This document shows, piece by piece, positions 30,610-41,583 of a DNA stretch of 64,000 nt (position 1 is the first letter of the stretch; each line of letters opens with the position of its first letter). The notes under the pieces are model-generated. The model saw nothing but the letters and a program-made list of their open reading frames with translations. It ran no database searches and was not told the origin of the DNA. The position numbers and the translations under genes are program-made. The stretch is from Trypanosoma brucei (Eukaryota): the NCBI GenBank assembly GCA_000002445.1, contig CH464491.1, positions 2,176,001 through 2,240,000 of the forward strand, read 5' to 3'.

Positions 30610-31218
30610 ATGGATTTCCAGGGCTTACTACAACAAGAGGCATCCACGCGTGGACTCACAATGGTTCCGCTTTCTAGTGTGGTTGCAATGCCGTCGTCAC
30701 GGAAGGTGGCCTGTTGCGGTGGGTTTGTAGAGAAGGTTGTCGCGGAGTCAGAGCGGGACTGCACGGTTCTTCTTAGAGACGCGACGGGCGGCGTACACTG
30801 TGCCATTCACGGTGCGGTTTCCGACCGTTACCCCGATGTTCTCGCGACTGGTGCGGTCCTCCTTCTCCAAGACGTTACTGCGTTGATTGTTCCATCTTTG
30901 TTACCACCGATCATTGTGGTTTGCCTCGAGCATCTGGTGGCACTACTTCTTCCAGAGGGACCTCCGTTAAGCAATGCTGAATACACACTGGATTCGACGG
31001 CTCCGGGTGAAGAGTCACCAACCTTGGGGCACTTTACCAGCACTAATGACGTTGTGCAAACACCTGGTCGTTTAAGTGGTGCTGCAGAGGGAGCGTCACC
31101 GCAGGTCGCGCCCCCAAACATATCTGGTCTACCAACCAAAGTCGAGGAGGCAGCAGACGTTGTTTCCGTTGACCATGCAAGTGATGATGATAGCCTACAA
31201 CTTGCCGATGATTTATAA
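30610..31218 (+). CDS. Hypothetical protein with a possible HROB/MCM8IP-type OB-fold (DUF4539-like)
   Basis: The segment KVACCGGFVEKVVAESERDCTVLLRDATGGVHCAIHGAVSDRYPDVLATGAVLLLQDVTALIVPS follows the DUF4539 pattern as I recall it (...VLLKDPTGEM.GT.H..L....L.PGSVLLL.QVGVF.PS). ATG at 30610 verified. An antisense ORF overlaps. Confidence 0.5.
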   Translation: MDFQGLLQQEASTRGLTMVPLSSVVAMPSSRKVACCGGFVEKVVAESERDCTVLLRDATGGVHCAIHGAVSDRYPDVLATGAVLLLQDVTALIVPSLLPPIIVVCLEHLVALLLPEGPPLSNAEYTLDSTAPGEESPTLGHFTSTNDVVQTPGRLSGAAEGASPQVAPPNISGLPTKVEEAADVVSVDHASDDDSLQLADDL

Positions 31219-31566
31219 TAGATACCCATTCTGTGTACCCTCAGGGAACGAACAGACCGCGGGACGCACATTTCTACTCCCTGTTTATTCTTAATTTATA
31301 TACATCGTATTCCTCCTGTTTCAGTGCTTATTCTTTCGCTGAAAGGCGATATGTGTAATATGCACTCGTGCTTTCCTCTCGGTGGGAGCCTGATTTCCTA
31401 TGTCATTCGAAAACAACTTTGATACACGAGGAGGACTCATAACTGCTGGCAAAACTGCGTGTCGTTGGTAAAACCACCGCAGGCGAGGGCAATTGAATCC
31501 CTTTTCTTCCCACTCCTTCTACGCGCGCAAACTTATTGGTGTCTCACGTACTCTCGAGTGCAGCCA

Positions 31567-32481
31567 ATGAGAGAGAGAAAACCCATTAGGAAGATGAAGA
31601 GGAGCCGCGTCAGCGACCAAATCATTCGCGTCGAAGAGCCGGATGCAGAAGAGGGCGAGGCTTCCCCTGCAAAAGCCACCCCGGTTCCACATTTTAGCGA
31701 TAGGCGCATTTGCATCAATGTCGGAGGGGAATACATCACAACGCTGGCCAGCACACTGTGCTCTGAGCCCTCCAAGTTTTCGGAGTGGGTGGAAAACAAC
31801 TTTCAAGGACTCCCGCGCGACTCTATGGGCAACCCCTTTATAGACAGGGATCCAGAGAACTTTCGACAGATAATCAGTTACTTGCGCGGCTACGAGCTGC
31901 CGACTGCAACTGAAAAAATTGTTTTTTTGGCCGAAGACGCGGAGTACTATCACATTGATAGGTTGCTAGCTCTGATCAACCCCCCAGCGGAGTGGCGTTT
32001 CGTAAGCGGCCCTGGTGTTTCTTCAAGTCGAAAAGAGTTCAGCACAGAAAACATTCTCGCTACGTGTGGTAATGAACCGCTTCCACAGGTAGGGAAGTCT
32101 GTTTTCTTGCTTCGCATCGATAAATGTGAGCTGGTTTCCATCGGGCTTGTCGGCACGGAATCACCCGACCACGACGAACCACTAGAAAGGCAAACGAATG
32201 CGATTGCTTATAGGAGTACCGGTGAATTGATTAGGTCCTTGAACAGCTCCAGTACTTTTTTTTCGGGCAATGGCTACAAAGGTCGCGATACCGTTATGGT
32301 ACAGGTTTTGTTCAAGCCTGAAGGTGCTGCGCAGATTGAATTTTTCTGCAACGACGTGAAGACACATGAGACAGAGTGGCTTTCCCCAGTTCCACCACTG
32401 CGATTTGCGGTGAGTTTGCACGGCGTCTCGGCTGTCGTAATTGAGAGATGTGTCGCAGGTGTTAAAGACGAGGATATGTAG
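31567..32481 (+). CDS. BTB/POZ (T1/KCTD-type tetramerisation domain) protein
   Basis: RICINVGGEYITTLASTL...PFIDRDPENFRQIISYLRGYELP is a classic K-channel-tetramerisation BTB fold. The track start at 31459 is GTG; the first ATG is at 31567. Confidence 0.8.
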   Translation: MRERKPIRKMKRSRVSDQIIRVEEPDAEEGEASPAKATPVPHFSDRRICINVGGEYITTLASTLCSEPSKFSEWVENNFQGLPRDSMGNPFIDRDPENFRQIISYLRGYELPTATEKIVFLAEDAEYYHIDRLLALINPPAEWRFVSGPGVSSSRKEFSTENILATCGNEPLPQVGKSVFLLRIDKCELVSIGLVGTESPDHDEPLERQTNAIAYRSTGELIRSLNSSSTFFSGNGYKGRDTVMVQVLFKPEGAAQIEFFCNDVKTHETEWLSPVPPLRFAVSLHGVSAVVIERCVAGVKDEDM

Positions 32482-33694
32482 TTTCTAAACGCACATTGGT
32501 GTTGTATGCGACCGGGGGTGTTTTACCCTTCTGTGTGGTGACCACGCTGCTGCAGAGTGGAGTTTGTTCGCAACTAAGTTCCTGGAACGGGCGTTTCGCA
32601 GATATGGAGTTTTAATCCTTTTCCATAGGGCAGACGCACCACGTTTGTCGCACTCTGCATCATTTTCTTTTGGTCACCTTTTTTTCTTTTCCAGGTTGTT
32701 CGTTGCACATGTCGATCCCGACACATTATCAATCCGCTCTTGGTGTCTTTCATCGTGGTGGTTGACTCGGTTTCGCACGTGCTCTTTTCCCCTTTTTTGT
32801 CTCGCATTCTTATTCTCTGGCAGCGTCGTCAACCGTTGTGACTCCTGGAGGGTGGAGCGAGAGGCATGAGTGTGGTAGGTGACGATATTACATTTCTTGT
32901 TTTTTTTTTTGGTCATCATATCTGTCCGCAACTGCCCTGCGGTGTGCGCGTGGCCAATGGAAGTGCGGGAGATTAAATGCTGTATATCCATGAGTTACTT
33001 CTTTTCTGCACTCCTAAGCGTTGGGTCTGCAAGTCTCTTGTATCAGACCCCTAATTTCTCCTTCTTGCTATCGTCGAATCATGTTCATCCCACCCTCTTC
33101 TACATGCCTGTGTATTGACCCCCGTTTACAATGATTATTGAACTGTTCTTCGTCATATATGTTTGCAAACGGGAGAGCAAGAGTGCAATCACAAAACAAA
33201 CCAATCAACTTTTAGGTTAGAGGGGTTGTCTAATTACACAAGGCTAACCAGGAGGCCCAACCCGCGGTAAGAAAGAAGTGAGAAAAGGGGCATATTAGCA
33301 AGGGGCGAGGGAAAGAAAGATCCAAACTGCTAGGTGTGTAGGCTTGTCGCTGCATTGAGGGTTGCAGGGGGGAAAAAAGGAGGGGAGAGTAGAAAAGAAC
33401 TCTCGGTGAGGAGTGTTAGGGGACCAGAGGAAGGTGAAGGGTTCCTTCGCTTCGGAGTAAATACATTTGTAACAGGGTGATAACCGTCGCGGTAAGCTGA
33501 AACAACGGAGGCGGACGAACGAGAAGCAAATTGGATAGGTTTAAGTAGTTGTTGTACCGAAAGACGGCGGGTTCAAAAACAAAATAGCAAGTCAAGGAAG
33601 AAGGGAGGCCGAATAGAACGAGAGGGAGGGAGGCGAAGAACGCGCATACATATACAAGTTCCTATATATAAACCTTTGGCGCTCCCGGAGCATA

Positions 33695-34606
33695 ATGTCT
33701 GTAGATGTCGATGCCATTATCGACAAGCTTCTCGAAGTTCGTCTGTCAAAGCCAGGAAAGCAGGTGAGCCTGTCTGAAAACGATGTTAAAAACCTTGTCA
33801 TGCGAAGTCGTGAGATCCTTCTTTCACAACCAGCATTGCTCGAACTTGAAGCCCCTATTAAAATATGTGGGGACATCCACGGGCAGTACTACGATTTGAT
33901 TCGTCTATTTGACAACGGTGGTTTTCCACCTTCCGCCAACTATCTTTTCCTCGGGGATTACGTAGACCGTGGCAAGCAGGGACTGGAGACGATTTGTCTT
34001 GTCCTCGCGTTTAAGGTGAAGTTCCCCGAGAACTTTTTTATATTACGTGGTAATCACGAATGCGCCAGCATCAACCGCATCTACGGTTTTTTTGACGAAT
34101 GCAAGAGGCGCTACAACATTCGGCTGTGGAAGGTGTTCACCGACACTTTCAACTGCCTTCCCGTTGCGTGCATTATTGACGATAAGATTTTCTGCTGTCA
34201 CGGCGGGCTTTCCCCTGACCTGCAGTCAATGGAGCAAATTAAAAAGATTGAACGCCCATGCGACGTTGCTGACACGGGACTCATATGCGATTTACTCTGG
34301 TCGGATCCGGAGGAGGGTCTCTCAGGCTGGGGCGAGAACGATCGTGGTGTGTCCTACACGTTTGGCCAAGATATCGTAGCGAAGTTTCTTAGCAGGCACG
34401 ACTTTGATTTGATCGTGCGTGCGCATCAGGTAGTGGAAGATGGCTATCAGTTTTTCGCTACGCGGCAGCTGATAACAATATTCTCGGCGCCCAACTATTG
34501 CAACGAGTTTGACAACAGCGGTGCAGTAATGTCTGTAGATGCGGACCTTCTGTGCTCCTTCCAAATCCTTAAGCCATCCGTAAAGAAGCCCAAGTACTTT
34601 CAGTAG
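33695..34606 (+). CDS. PP1: Serine/threonine protein phosphatase 1 catalytic subunit (PPP family)
   Basis: Near-complete PP1 signature set: [63 protein letters not shown]. Confidence 0.97.
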   Translation: MSVDVDAIIDKLLEVRLSKPGKQVSLSENDVKNLVMRSREILLSQPALLELEAPIKICGDIHGQYYDLIRLFDNGGFPPSANYLFLGDYVDRGKQGLETICLVLAFKVKFPENFFILRGNHECASINRIYGFFDECKRRYNIRLWKVFTDTFNCLPVACIIDDKIFCCHGGLSPDLQSMEQIKKIERPCDVADTGLICDLLWSDPEEGLSGWGENDRGVSYTFGQDIVAKFLSRHDFDLIVRAHQVVEDGYQFFATRQLITIFSAPNYCNEFDNSGAVMSVDADLLCSFQILKPSVKKPKYFQ

Positions 34607-35360
34607 ATTGGAAGGAGCAGGATGCTACGCCCTCACTGCGTGTCACGAAGCCTCTGTTGGCAGCGGTAAGGATGAGGAGATGCTATTGCAACTGGCTACT
34701 GCAAAGCGCATAACTGGTGTGGTTGCCGGGGTGGGTGCATGTTAAAGCAACAGCAAAACAACAACAACAAGGTGGTGAGAGGATCGCATGCCCTTCTTTA
34801 TGTGACAGCGGTAACAGAGGAGAGATTATAAGGAGTGGCTGCAGGCACGAATGTGCCGCGTCACGACGCTTGACGAGTGCTTGGAAGGGTGCAGTGCGGA
34901 TCAAGAAGAGGCATGTGGCCATCATCTTCTGTTAGTTAGTGGCTGCGAAAAAAAAAAGACACTGGTGAATAAGATCAAGGTAAATGCAGAAAATATGTAA
35001 TCGAGTGGGTTCACATTTACATGGAGGCAGAAAATAATGGGTGGTGTTGGTCATGAGAGCAGCGAGAAGCACCTCAAAGGATCTTTACGGAAAGTCTGAG
35101 GGAGAAGCAAAGTTGACGTCGGTTACCGTTTGTATTCTACAGTTTCTTGAGACAACCCCGTCTGCGAACGGAGTCTCTTGACCCTTTCAGCCACTTCCCA
35201 ACCAGCCCTCTTCTCCCCTTTCACGTTATTTATTCTCGGCGGGGTCGGGGCGCGTGTTCCGGTACACAGCACCCCATGAGTACGCACAACTTCCATTCTG
35301 CGCTACAGTTGTATGTACTCCGCCGTCGACTCACCGTCTCCCCTTTTTTGTTTGGTGCTC

Positions 35361-35395
35361 TGTTTGTGTATGTGTGTGCCCGTGTGTGTGGTGGA
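35361..35395. repeat. Imperfect (TG)n/(GT)n microsatellite
   Basis: Reads gtttgtgtatgtgtgtgcccgtgtgtgtggtgg. It lies inside the 3 kb ORF-poor interval downstream of PP1. Confidence 0.8.
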
Positions 35396-37624
35396 ATTTG
35401 CGTGGAGGAGCGGTTTTCGGTGGCTCCTCACAAGGAGTAGGAAATGAATGTATAAGGCCGATGACTCCCCAATAGAACCTCTGGCACTTTGTTTAGTTAA
35501 ATATTCCCTGTCAATATTATAATTATTGCCACTTCCTTGTGTGTTTGCGCGTGTTTTTTTTCAACCTTTTTTTCTTGAGTACCACGTCGGGGCGATGGAA
35601 GCGCTACGTGGTTGCGAAAATGACATGCCTCAGTCTGCGTGCGCTTGGGGGGGAGGGGGCGTGTCACCTTGTTTCGCTGTGCCTGCCGTTTAACTATATT
35701 TCCATGTACTTTTCCGGAAGTGACGTCAGTTGTTAAGGTTTTTTTTTGGAGTTGTTGTTGCGGCGGTAGTTAGGGTGCGAAAACTTTTTTTGCTGTCTTT
35801 TAGTTCCATTTTCGCTGACTTCTTGTAGGCCTTTGACGTGGTCGGTCGTCGTGTGCGGTGCTGTGGGGAGGCTGAGAGGGATATACTTTTGCGTTTGAAC
35901 GCCTAGCCCTTTCCTTTCTTTTTGTGCGGTGGCGCATATAGGGGTTGCGCATCCTGCTTGAGAGTCAACTGAAGAGTGCACTTGAATGAAGAAGCAAAAC
36001 CTCTGCAACGAAGAAAGGGTGAAAGTTATAAGTGTAGGAAAGAAGCGGGAAGCAACCATTGCGGTGTTACCCTCTGCGAGAGGAGGGCATATATACGTGT
36101 GCACATTAGGGGATCGGGGTGCATTACTGTTCACCACTGCAACCTATACTTTGAGTGTAGGTATTACACTTCCTAAGGTTGTTTTCCATCCCGTGGACAC
36201 TGTGAGAACGGGGCGTAGAATTAGTGATATGACCTTGCGAATTACAACTCAGGCACTCACGCACTTTTGCTTGTGTCTGTATACGTTTGGATGGCGAGGA
36301 GGACCTGCCCGTCTCTTTCATTCCGTTTGTAGTGGCACTGGGTTTTACTGATATTTGTTCACACCTTTTTTTATATATTTTCACAACCCCTCGGCCCTTT
36401 CCTTTTCCCTTGCCCCCCTTGGTCTAACTTCCGCTTTTCGGTTTGCTTGAGGTGCTGGATGGTTCAGATCAGGCAATGATGTGAGAATTACATTCGATAA
36501 AGGAGAAAGTGGGTACTCAGCTGTGAAAGAGTTGGCGGACGTAAGGGAAATTCTGTTAAGCAATAAAAAAGTAAGAAGGAGAACAAAGTTTAAGATGACG
36601 GTAAAGGGGGCAGGTGGGTGTATATTCTTTTCAGGTTCTCCCCCGCTCCAAAGGTGATGAGAAGATGCGATGGTGGGAAAGTGGACAGGATGATTGGCAG
36701 GGGAGGAAAGAGGATGGACTGACAGCAAGTGGGTGACAAGTGGGAAGCGTAGACATGGTTGGTGTATAGGTGTACTCTAAGAGCGGTTAAGGGGAATTTT
36801 CTTTTTTTTTTTTTACAAGAGAGTATGGGGTGGTGATTGTGGTTAACGAGGCCTCTGGTGATGCACCGGTGTGCCCTCCGGGTAACTTGTGCCCCAGTGG
36901 TAAATCCTTGTTTATGCATTTTTCTGCCGTATATCTCTAGTTTTTTCAGGTGTCACCTTTCCTTTACCCATATGTTTGCCGTACCTGTTGTTTTGCAACC
37001 TCCAACGCTTCCCACCGTGCATTCGTTGATTTGCTTTTTGTTTTTCTTTCAATTTAAATATGATCGAACACTTAACTGCCCATATCCCCGATGTGACGAC
37101 AGCATATTTTCAAGGGTTGTTCACGCTGGTTAGTCGTGTGTTGCCACGATTTTTTGAGTGCGTTTGTGATATTTATGGTGATACTGTGTTAGCCCTTGTT
37201 ACTTTTACAGTTCCACTTGTTTTTGAACGATTTGTGCAAATGACTGTTCGTTGGTGCGCTCATACACACTTAAGTAAGTGGCCGAGGTTGCGTACGGCCA
37301 GCCTCCTATGCCATCACGTGTTTAGTGGCTTTGCGTGTTCACGGATCTTTCCATTTGTTTGATATGAAAATAGAGCTTAGGTGGGCTGTGGAATGTCTCG
37401 TTGCAGTTCCTCGAGAAGGAAGGCAGCAATGTAAGGTTCGTGTCTATGTCTGTTGTATCCAACTTCCCTGTTCTTTCTGCTCACGTTGACTATGCCATGG
37501 AAAGTTAGATTTTCTGTTGATCTTTCCTTTTACCCCCTTGTCTTCCTTCTACAATCGCTTTTTCCTCCGCACACATGTATGTTCGGGTGGAAAGACAGCT
37601 GTTGAGTCGCCAAAGGTGATTTAG

Positions 37625-38251
37625 ATGGCAGATGATGAACCCGAATACCGTGAGGCAGCGAATCCGATAGAGGCTTTCATTGACTGCGCACGTTACGACG
37701 AGCCTGGGGATGCCGAGGCGCTACGCACACTTTTATCAAATTCTCCGTCGTTCCTCAACTCTCAGGACGAGCAGGGACGAACCGCCCTACACGTAGCTGC
37801 GGCAAATGGTCGTTTGAAAGTACTCGAAACGCTCTTAGGATATAATCCAACACCTGATGTACCGAACAATGAAGGCAACACCGCTTTGCATTTCGCGGCG
37901 CTTAACAATCAGACGGCTGCTGCTCGATTGCTTTTAAGGCACGGATGGCGCGCGTCTGCAAGAAACGCTTTCAATAAAACCCCAATTCAACTCATTTACG
38001 GTAAGCAGTTCGAGGATATGGAGCTACTGCTTCTAGGCCACGACGACGAGTTGGAACAATTCAGTGGTCAGGCGAGTCAGGCAGCGCGCGGCCCAGCGGT
38101 GGTAAATGAGGCAACTGTGCAGCAGCAACCTGCTGTAGAAGCGGAGCGTGCTACAAATGCGGAGCAGCCTCGTGTAAATCCTGTTCAGAAGGAACAGGAA
38201 AGTGATCCCACGACGCTACTGGGCTCCGTGGGTGTTGATGAAATCGAATGA
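37625..38251 (+). CDS. Ankyrin-repeat protein
   Basis: At least three ANK repeats (GRTALHVAAANGRLKVLETLL, GNTALHFAALNNQTAAARLLLRHG). ATG verified. Confidence 0.85.
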   Translation: MADDEPEYREAANPIEAFIDCARYDEPGDAEALRTLLSNSPSFLNSQDEQGRTALHVAAANGRLKVLETLLGYNPTPDVPNNEGNTALHFAALNNQTAAARLLLRHGWRASARNAFNKTPIQLIYGKQFEDMELLLLGHDDELEQFSGQASQAARGPAVVNEATVQQQPAVEAERATNAEQPRVNPVQKEQESDPTTLLGSVGVDEIE

Positions 38252-38479
38252 TGGTCCGCTTTGGTTTACTGTTTTCTTCGTCGTTTGAGTATATGCCGGG
38301 TATAAATAACGGACACTAATAAGTACAGTCCGACGGTACGTTCAATCTTATGGAAGGCGACGCGTGTATCTTTGGGTATAAAAATCTTTGGCTGATGCTC
38401 TGCCCACCTTACGGTTACCTAAACTTCCTTTTTTGACGCTACCTTTTTTGTTCTATTTTTTAACCGCGGCAGTAATGTT

Positions 38480-39496
38480 ATGGAGCCAAGGCGTTGGCGC
38501 CCACGGTTCTTCAACCCCTTTACCGAAAGAAGACGGCGGAGCTCACACCTCCCTGTTTATCGTGGGTTCTTTCGTGTGATGCCGCTGCATCGATGGAGCC
38601 TCAACAACATACAAGCTGTTCTTGGTTACGCGGCGGCAAACCCCTCGCTTTTTGGTTTTCCTGAGCAGCCCACTTGCATTGTGAACACAGCGTATTTTCT
38701 TCCCTCTCACCGTAGTCGACAACGCGGTATTTGGGTTTTTGGGACAGAGAGGGGTTGTAAAAGCATTGTTGTTCCCTCGTCATGCAACGGAGGACAATTT
38801 GACGCAATGGACGCGAAACTGATGGAGCCGCTCTTCCGCTGGAATCCCGGTGTGGAATACATTTATCTTTCGCAAAATTGCCAAGCAATGGCATCACAGT
38901 TGGTACCTTATTTGCAACGCTGCACGCAGCTAAGGACCCTCACATTGGAAGGGTGGAACGATGCTGTGGCCATTCACCGGGTTGTAATTGCCTGCAAACA
39001 CGTTGACACTCTAGACGCCTTTTCATTTGACGATCCCGTACGTCAGTGGAAGAATGAGCTATCTGTACAGGCCCTCAACACTCTCATCGAAATGCATCCA
39101 AAACTTATTTGTGTGAAGGCGACGCGGGTTTACCTTACCGATTGGTACGAGGCCACCCAATTCTCTCGCTGTAAGCACAACATTGCGCTCGTCCCCTTCA
39201 CATGTGATTTTGTGCTGCTGCACTATGGTTTTTTTTTACTTCTTGTGTCAGTTGTCGCGTACGCGGTGTACAGAGAAACGTGGTGGTTGCTGCGGGACAC
39301 GTGCAGCCGGGCATACCTACCTTTCTGGTCTGCTCTTGCTGCCGTCGGCACATTTACAGTAATTGTAGCTCTCGACGTGGCTGGATGGAGGAGCTATGGT
39401 CGGGCGTGGGTTCACATGCACAAATACGTCATCATTGCACGCCGCCGGTGGGATATGATACGGGGACGTCATCACAAGTCGCTCATGTTGGTTTGA
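38480..39496 (+). CDS. Hypothetical protein with C-terminal transmembrane helices
   Basis: 338-aa ORF with a verified ATG. The C-terminus is hydrophobic (FVLLHYGFFLLLVSVVAYAVY, ALAAVGTFTVIVALDVAGW). A 10-nt G-run follows the stop. Confidence 0.5.
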   Translation: MEPRRWRPRFFNPFTERRRRSSHLPVYRGFFRVMPLHRWSLNNIQAVLGYAAANPSLFGFPEQPTCIVNTAYFLPSHRSRQRGIWVFGTERGCKSIVVPSSCNGGQFDAMDAKLMEPLFRWNPGVEYIYLSQNCQAMASQLVPYLQRCTQLRTLTLEGWNDAVAIHRVVIACKHVDTLDAFSFDDPVRQWKNELSVQALNTLIEMHPKLICVKATRVYLTDWYEATQFSRCKHNIALVPFTCDFVLLHYGFFLLLVSVVAYAVYRETWWLLRDTCSRAYLPFWSALAAVGTFTVIVALDVAGWRSYGRAWVHMHKYVIIARRRWDMIRGRHHKSLMLV

Positions 39497-39916
39497 TTCT
39501 TTTCTCACATGTGGAAAATGTCTTCCCTACCTGGGGGGGGGGTTTGGTGGTGGCAGGGAAGAGTTGTGATGAGCTGCATTCTTTGTTGTTGGAATGGTTG
39601 TTTGGCAGCGGAGCCAGGACGGCGTCCCGTTTCTGCTGCTTTACTGTGAAACTGGAGCGACCGCAGTTGTGTTTGAGAGTTTTGTTCTTATGCGTTTCCT
39701 TGTCCTTTACTTTACCTGCATGATTTGAAGACGAGATATTTCTCAAGTTGCTAAATCGATTGATGAATTTGTGCCTCTTCAGAAGAACCCTTCTTGTTAA
39801 TCTTTCTCTTATAAACATACACTTGCACGCGTGCGTGCACGAACAATGGTGTCTCTGTGCGGAGGGATAGTGGCGACAGTTATTTGATACTTTGAGGCCG
39901 GGAACGGTGTAGTGCG

Positions 39917-40900
39917 ATGTCTAATGTTGCTTTTGACTCGGGGCACTCTGCCAACATTACTGATGCTGCGGTAGATACGTCGGGAAAGTTGGTGGCATCC
40001 TCTGGAGAGGATGGAACCATTCGCATTTTTGCCGTTCAGTCCGCCCCCCATGACGAAGGGAGCGAGAACGTTGACAGTGACTGGAAACTACTCACTGTTC
40101 TCGCTGGTCATACGGGAAGTGTGGTGTGCGTGGCATGGGCGCCTCCGCAGCACTACATCTCAGCCCTTCTTTCTTGTGGGGAGGATGGCCAGGTGATTTT
40201 GTGGAGTGATGTTGGGAACGACTCGCGGGAATGGACAAAAGTATACACGGCCGCACTCCCATCGCCCATATGGTGCGCTGCTTGGGCCCCGCCAGCTTAC
40301 GGTAAGATGTTCGCTGTTGGATGCAAAAATGGAGCTGTTGTTATCTTTACTGGTGAACTGCAACGGTGGGAACGCAGTGAGTTTAGTGCCCATCGCAGTG
40401 GTTGTTTTTGCCTTTCGTGGGGCCCGTCCATGCCACCAGGGGCGTTGTTTACATTGCCTCTGGAGGAAGACCCGCAAGCACTGCGATCACAAGATCAACA
40501 ACCGGGCCTGCCGATCGCTCCACCGCGTATTACAACGTGCGGAGGGGAGCGCGTCGTGACGGTGTGGACTCGAACTGCGGATGGCTGGCAGCCATTGGAG
40601 TTGCCCGTAGGGGTTGAGGCATCATGGAGAGAAGTAGCGTGGGCACCCGGGCTTGGGACTCCTTATACGTACATCGCTGCTGGTTCTGAAGAGGGTTTCG
40701 TGGCGGTGTGGTCGCATGACGGCACACCTGTGGGAGAGTGGGTCCGCGTGTTATTATGTCAGCAAGAGGATAGTATAACGAAACTTTCTTGGTCGCCTGT
40801 GGGCACCTTTTTGCTAGTGTCTTGTGCGAACGGAACCGCAAGCATGTGGCAGGAGTCAGCAGGGGGACAGGAGTGGGAACGTTCGTGTAAGCTACCTTAA
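39917..40900 (+). CDS. Sec13/Seh1-family WD40 protein (COPII / nuclear pore scaffold type)
   Basis: WD repeats carry the recurrent AWAP motif (VAWAPPQHY, AAWAPPAYG, VAWAPGLGTP) typical of Sec13. The N-terminal DTSGKLVASSGEDGTIRIF matches the Sec13 DYYGTRLATCSSDRSVKIF region. Confidence 0.82.
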   Translation: MSNVAFDSGHSANITDAAVDTSGKLVASSGEDGTIRIFAVQSAPHDEGSENVDSDWKLLTVLAGHTGSVVCVAWAPPQHYISALLSCGEDGQVILWSDVGNDSREWTKVYTAALPSPIWCAAWAPPAYGKMFAVGCKNGAVVIFTGELQRWERSEFSAHRSGCFCLSWGPSMPPGALFTLPLEEDPQALRSQDQQPGLPIAPPRITTCGGERVVTVWTRTADGWQPLELPVGVEASWREVAWAPGLGTPYTYIAAGSEEGFVAVWSHDGTPVGEWVRVLLCQQEDSITKLSWSPVGTFLLVSCANGTASMWQESAGGQEWERSCKLP

Positions 40901-41376
40901 TTGTTGTGCACATGTGTGTTGCCTCCGCGGAGAAAGGAAGGGGGACATGAGAACTGAGGTAATACCGTCTGCTTGTAGGGTCGGTTGAGCGTCGCTTCCT
41001 GAACGGAGGTATTAAAGGGAGTCGCTTTTCGCTGTCCCTTCTTGGTTTGGCATCCCTCAGATGCCCTTTTCCTTTTACACTACGTGCCATTACCGCCCTT
41101 TTGCTTCCTATGGAAATGTTGTGGTGGAGGGTGGTTTAGAGCCAGCAGTGCCACGGACCGGGTTTTCACTATTTTTAAAAAAAGAAATAGCGAGGAAACA
41201 GGGAACAATAAGTGACATTTTTTTTCCAGTTTAGAGTGCGCGTATGCGTGGAGCCCCTAGTGTTGAAAAATCCTTGTCTTATGTTTCCAATACCCGTATA
41301 CGTCTCCACCCTCGAATCATCTCTTGCTCTATCTTTTCCACGCTAGTGTGTTGCTTATTAAGCAGTAAAGCCGACA

Positions 41377-41583
41377 ATGGACTTTTTATTCGGCACCATG
41401 TTTTTCGCCGCCACCGGAGCATTGGGCGTGTTCTTTACTCCTTTTCTTACGAGGGACCTGGTAGGCCTTGTGCGTATACTCTGCGTCACAGCAGCCTTCT
41501 GCTGCTGGCTTTCATGGGCGCTTATTTACCTGTCGCAGGTACATCCCCTATTGATACCAACACGAAACATCAAAAAAGAATAG
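41377..41583 (+). CDS. V-type H+-ATPase subunit e (Vma9/ATP6V0E-like), 68 aa
   Basis: Two TM helices with spacing and residues matching V0 subunit e. FFAATGALGVFFTPFLTRDLVGLVRILCVTAAFCCWLSWALIYLSQVHPLLIP matches [51 protein letters not shown]. The longer overlapping ORF 41244..41693 is in another frame and is judged spurious. Confidence 0.7.
   Translation: MDFLFGTMFFAATGALGVFFTPFLTRDLVGLVRILCVTAAFCCWLSWALIYLSQVHPLLIPTRNIKKE

Noticed and set aside
40530-41090. 186-aa minus-strand ORF overlapping the 3' end of the Sec13-like gene
   Set aside because: It is antisense within the plus-strand unit, Pro/Thr/Arg-rich and low-complexity, with no homology.
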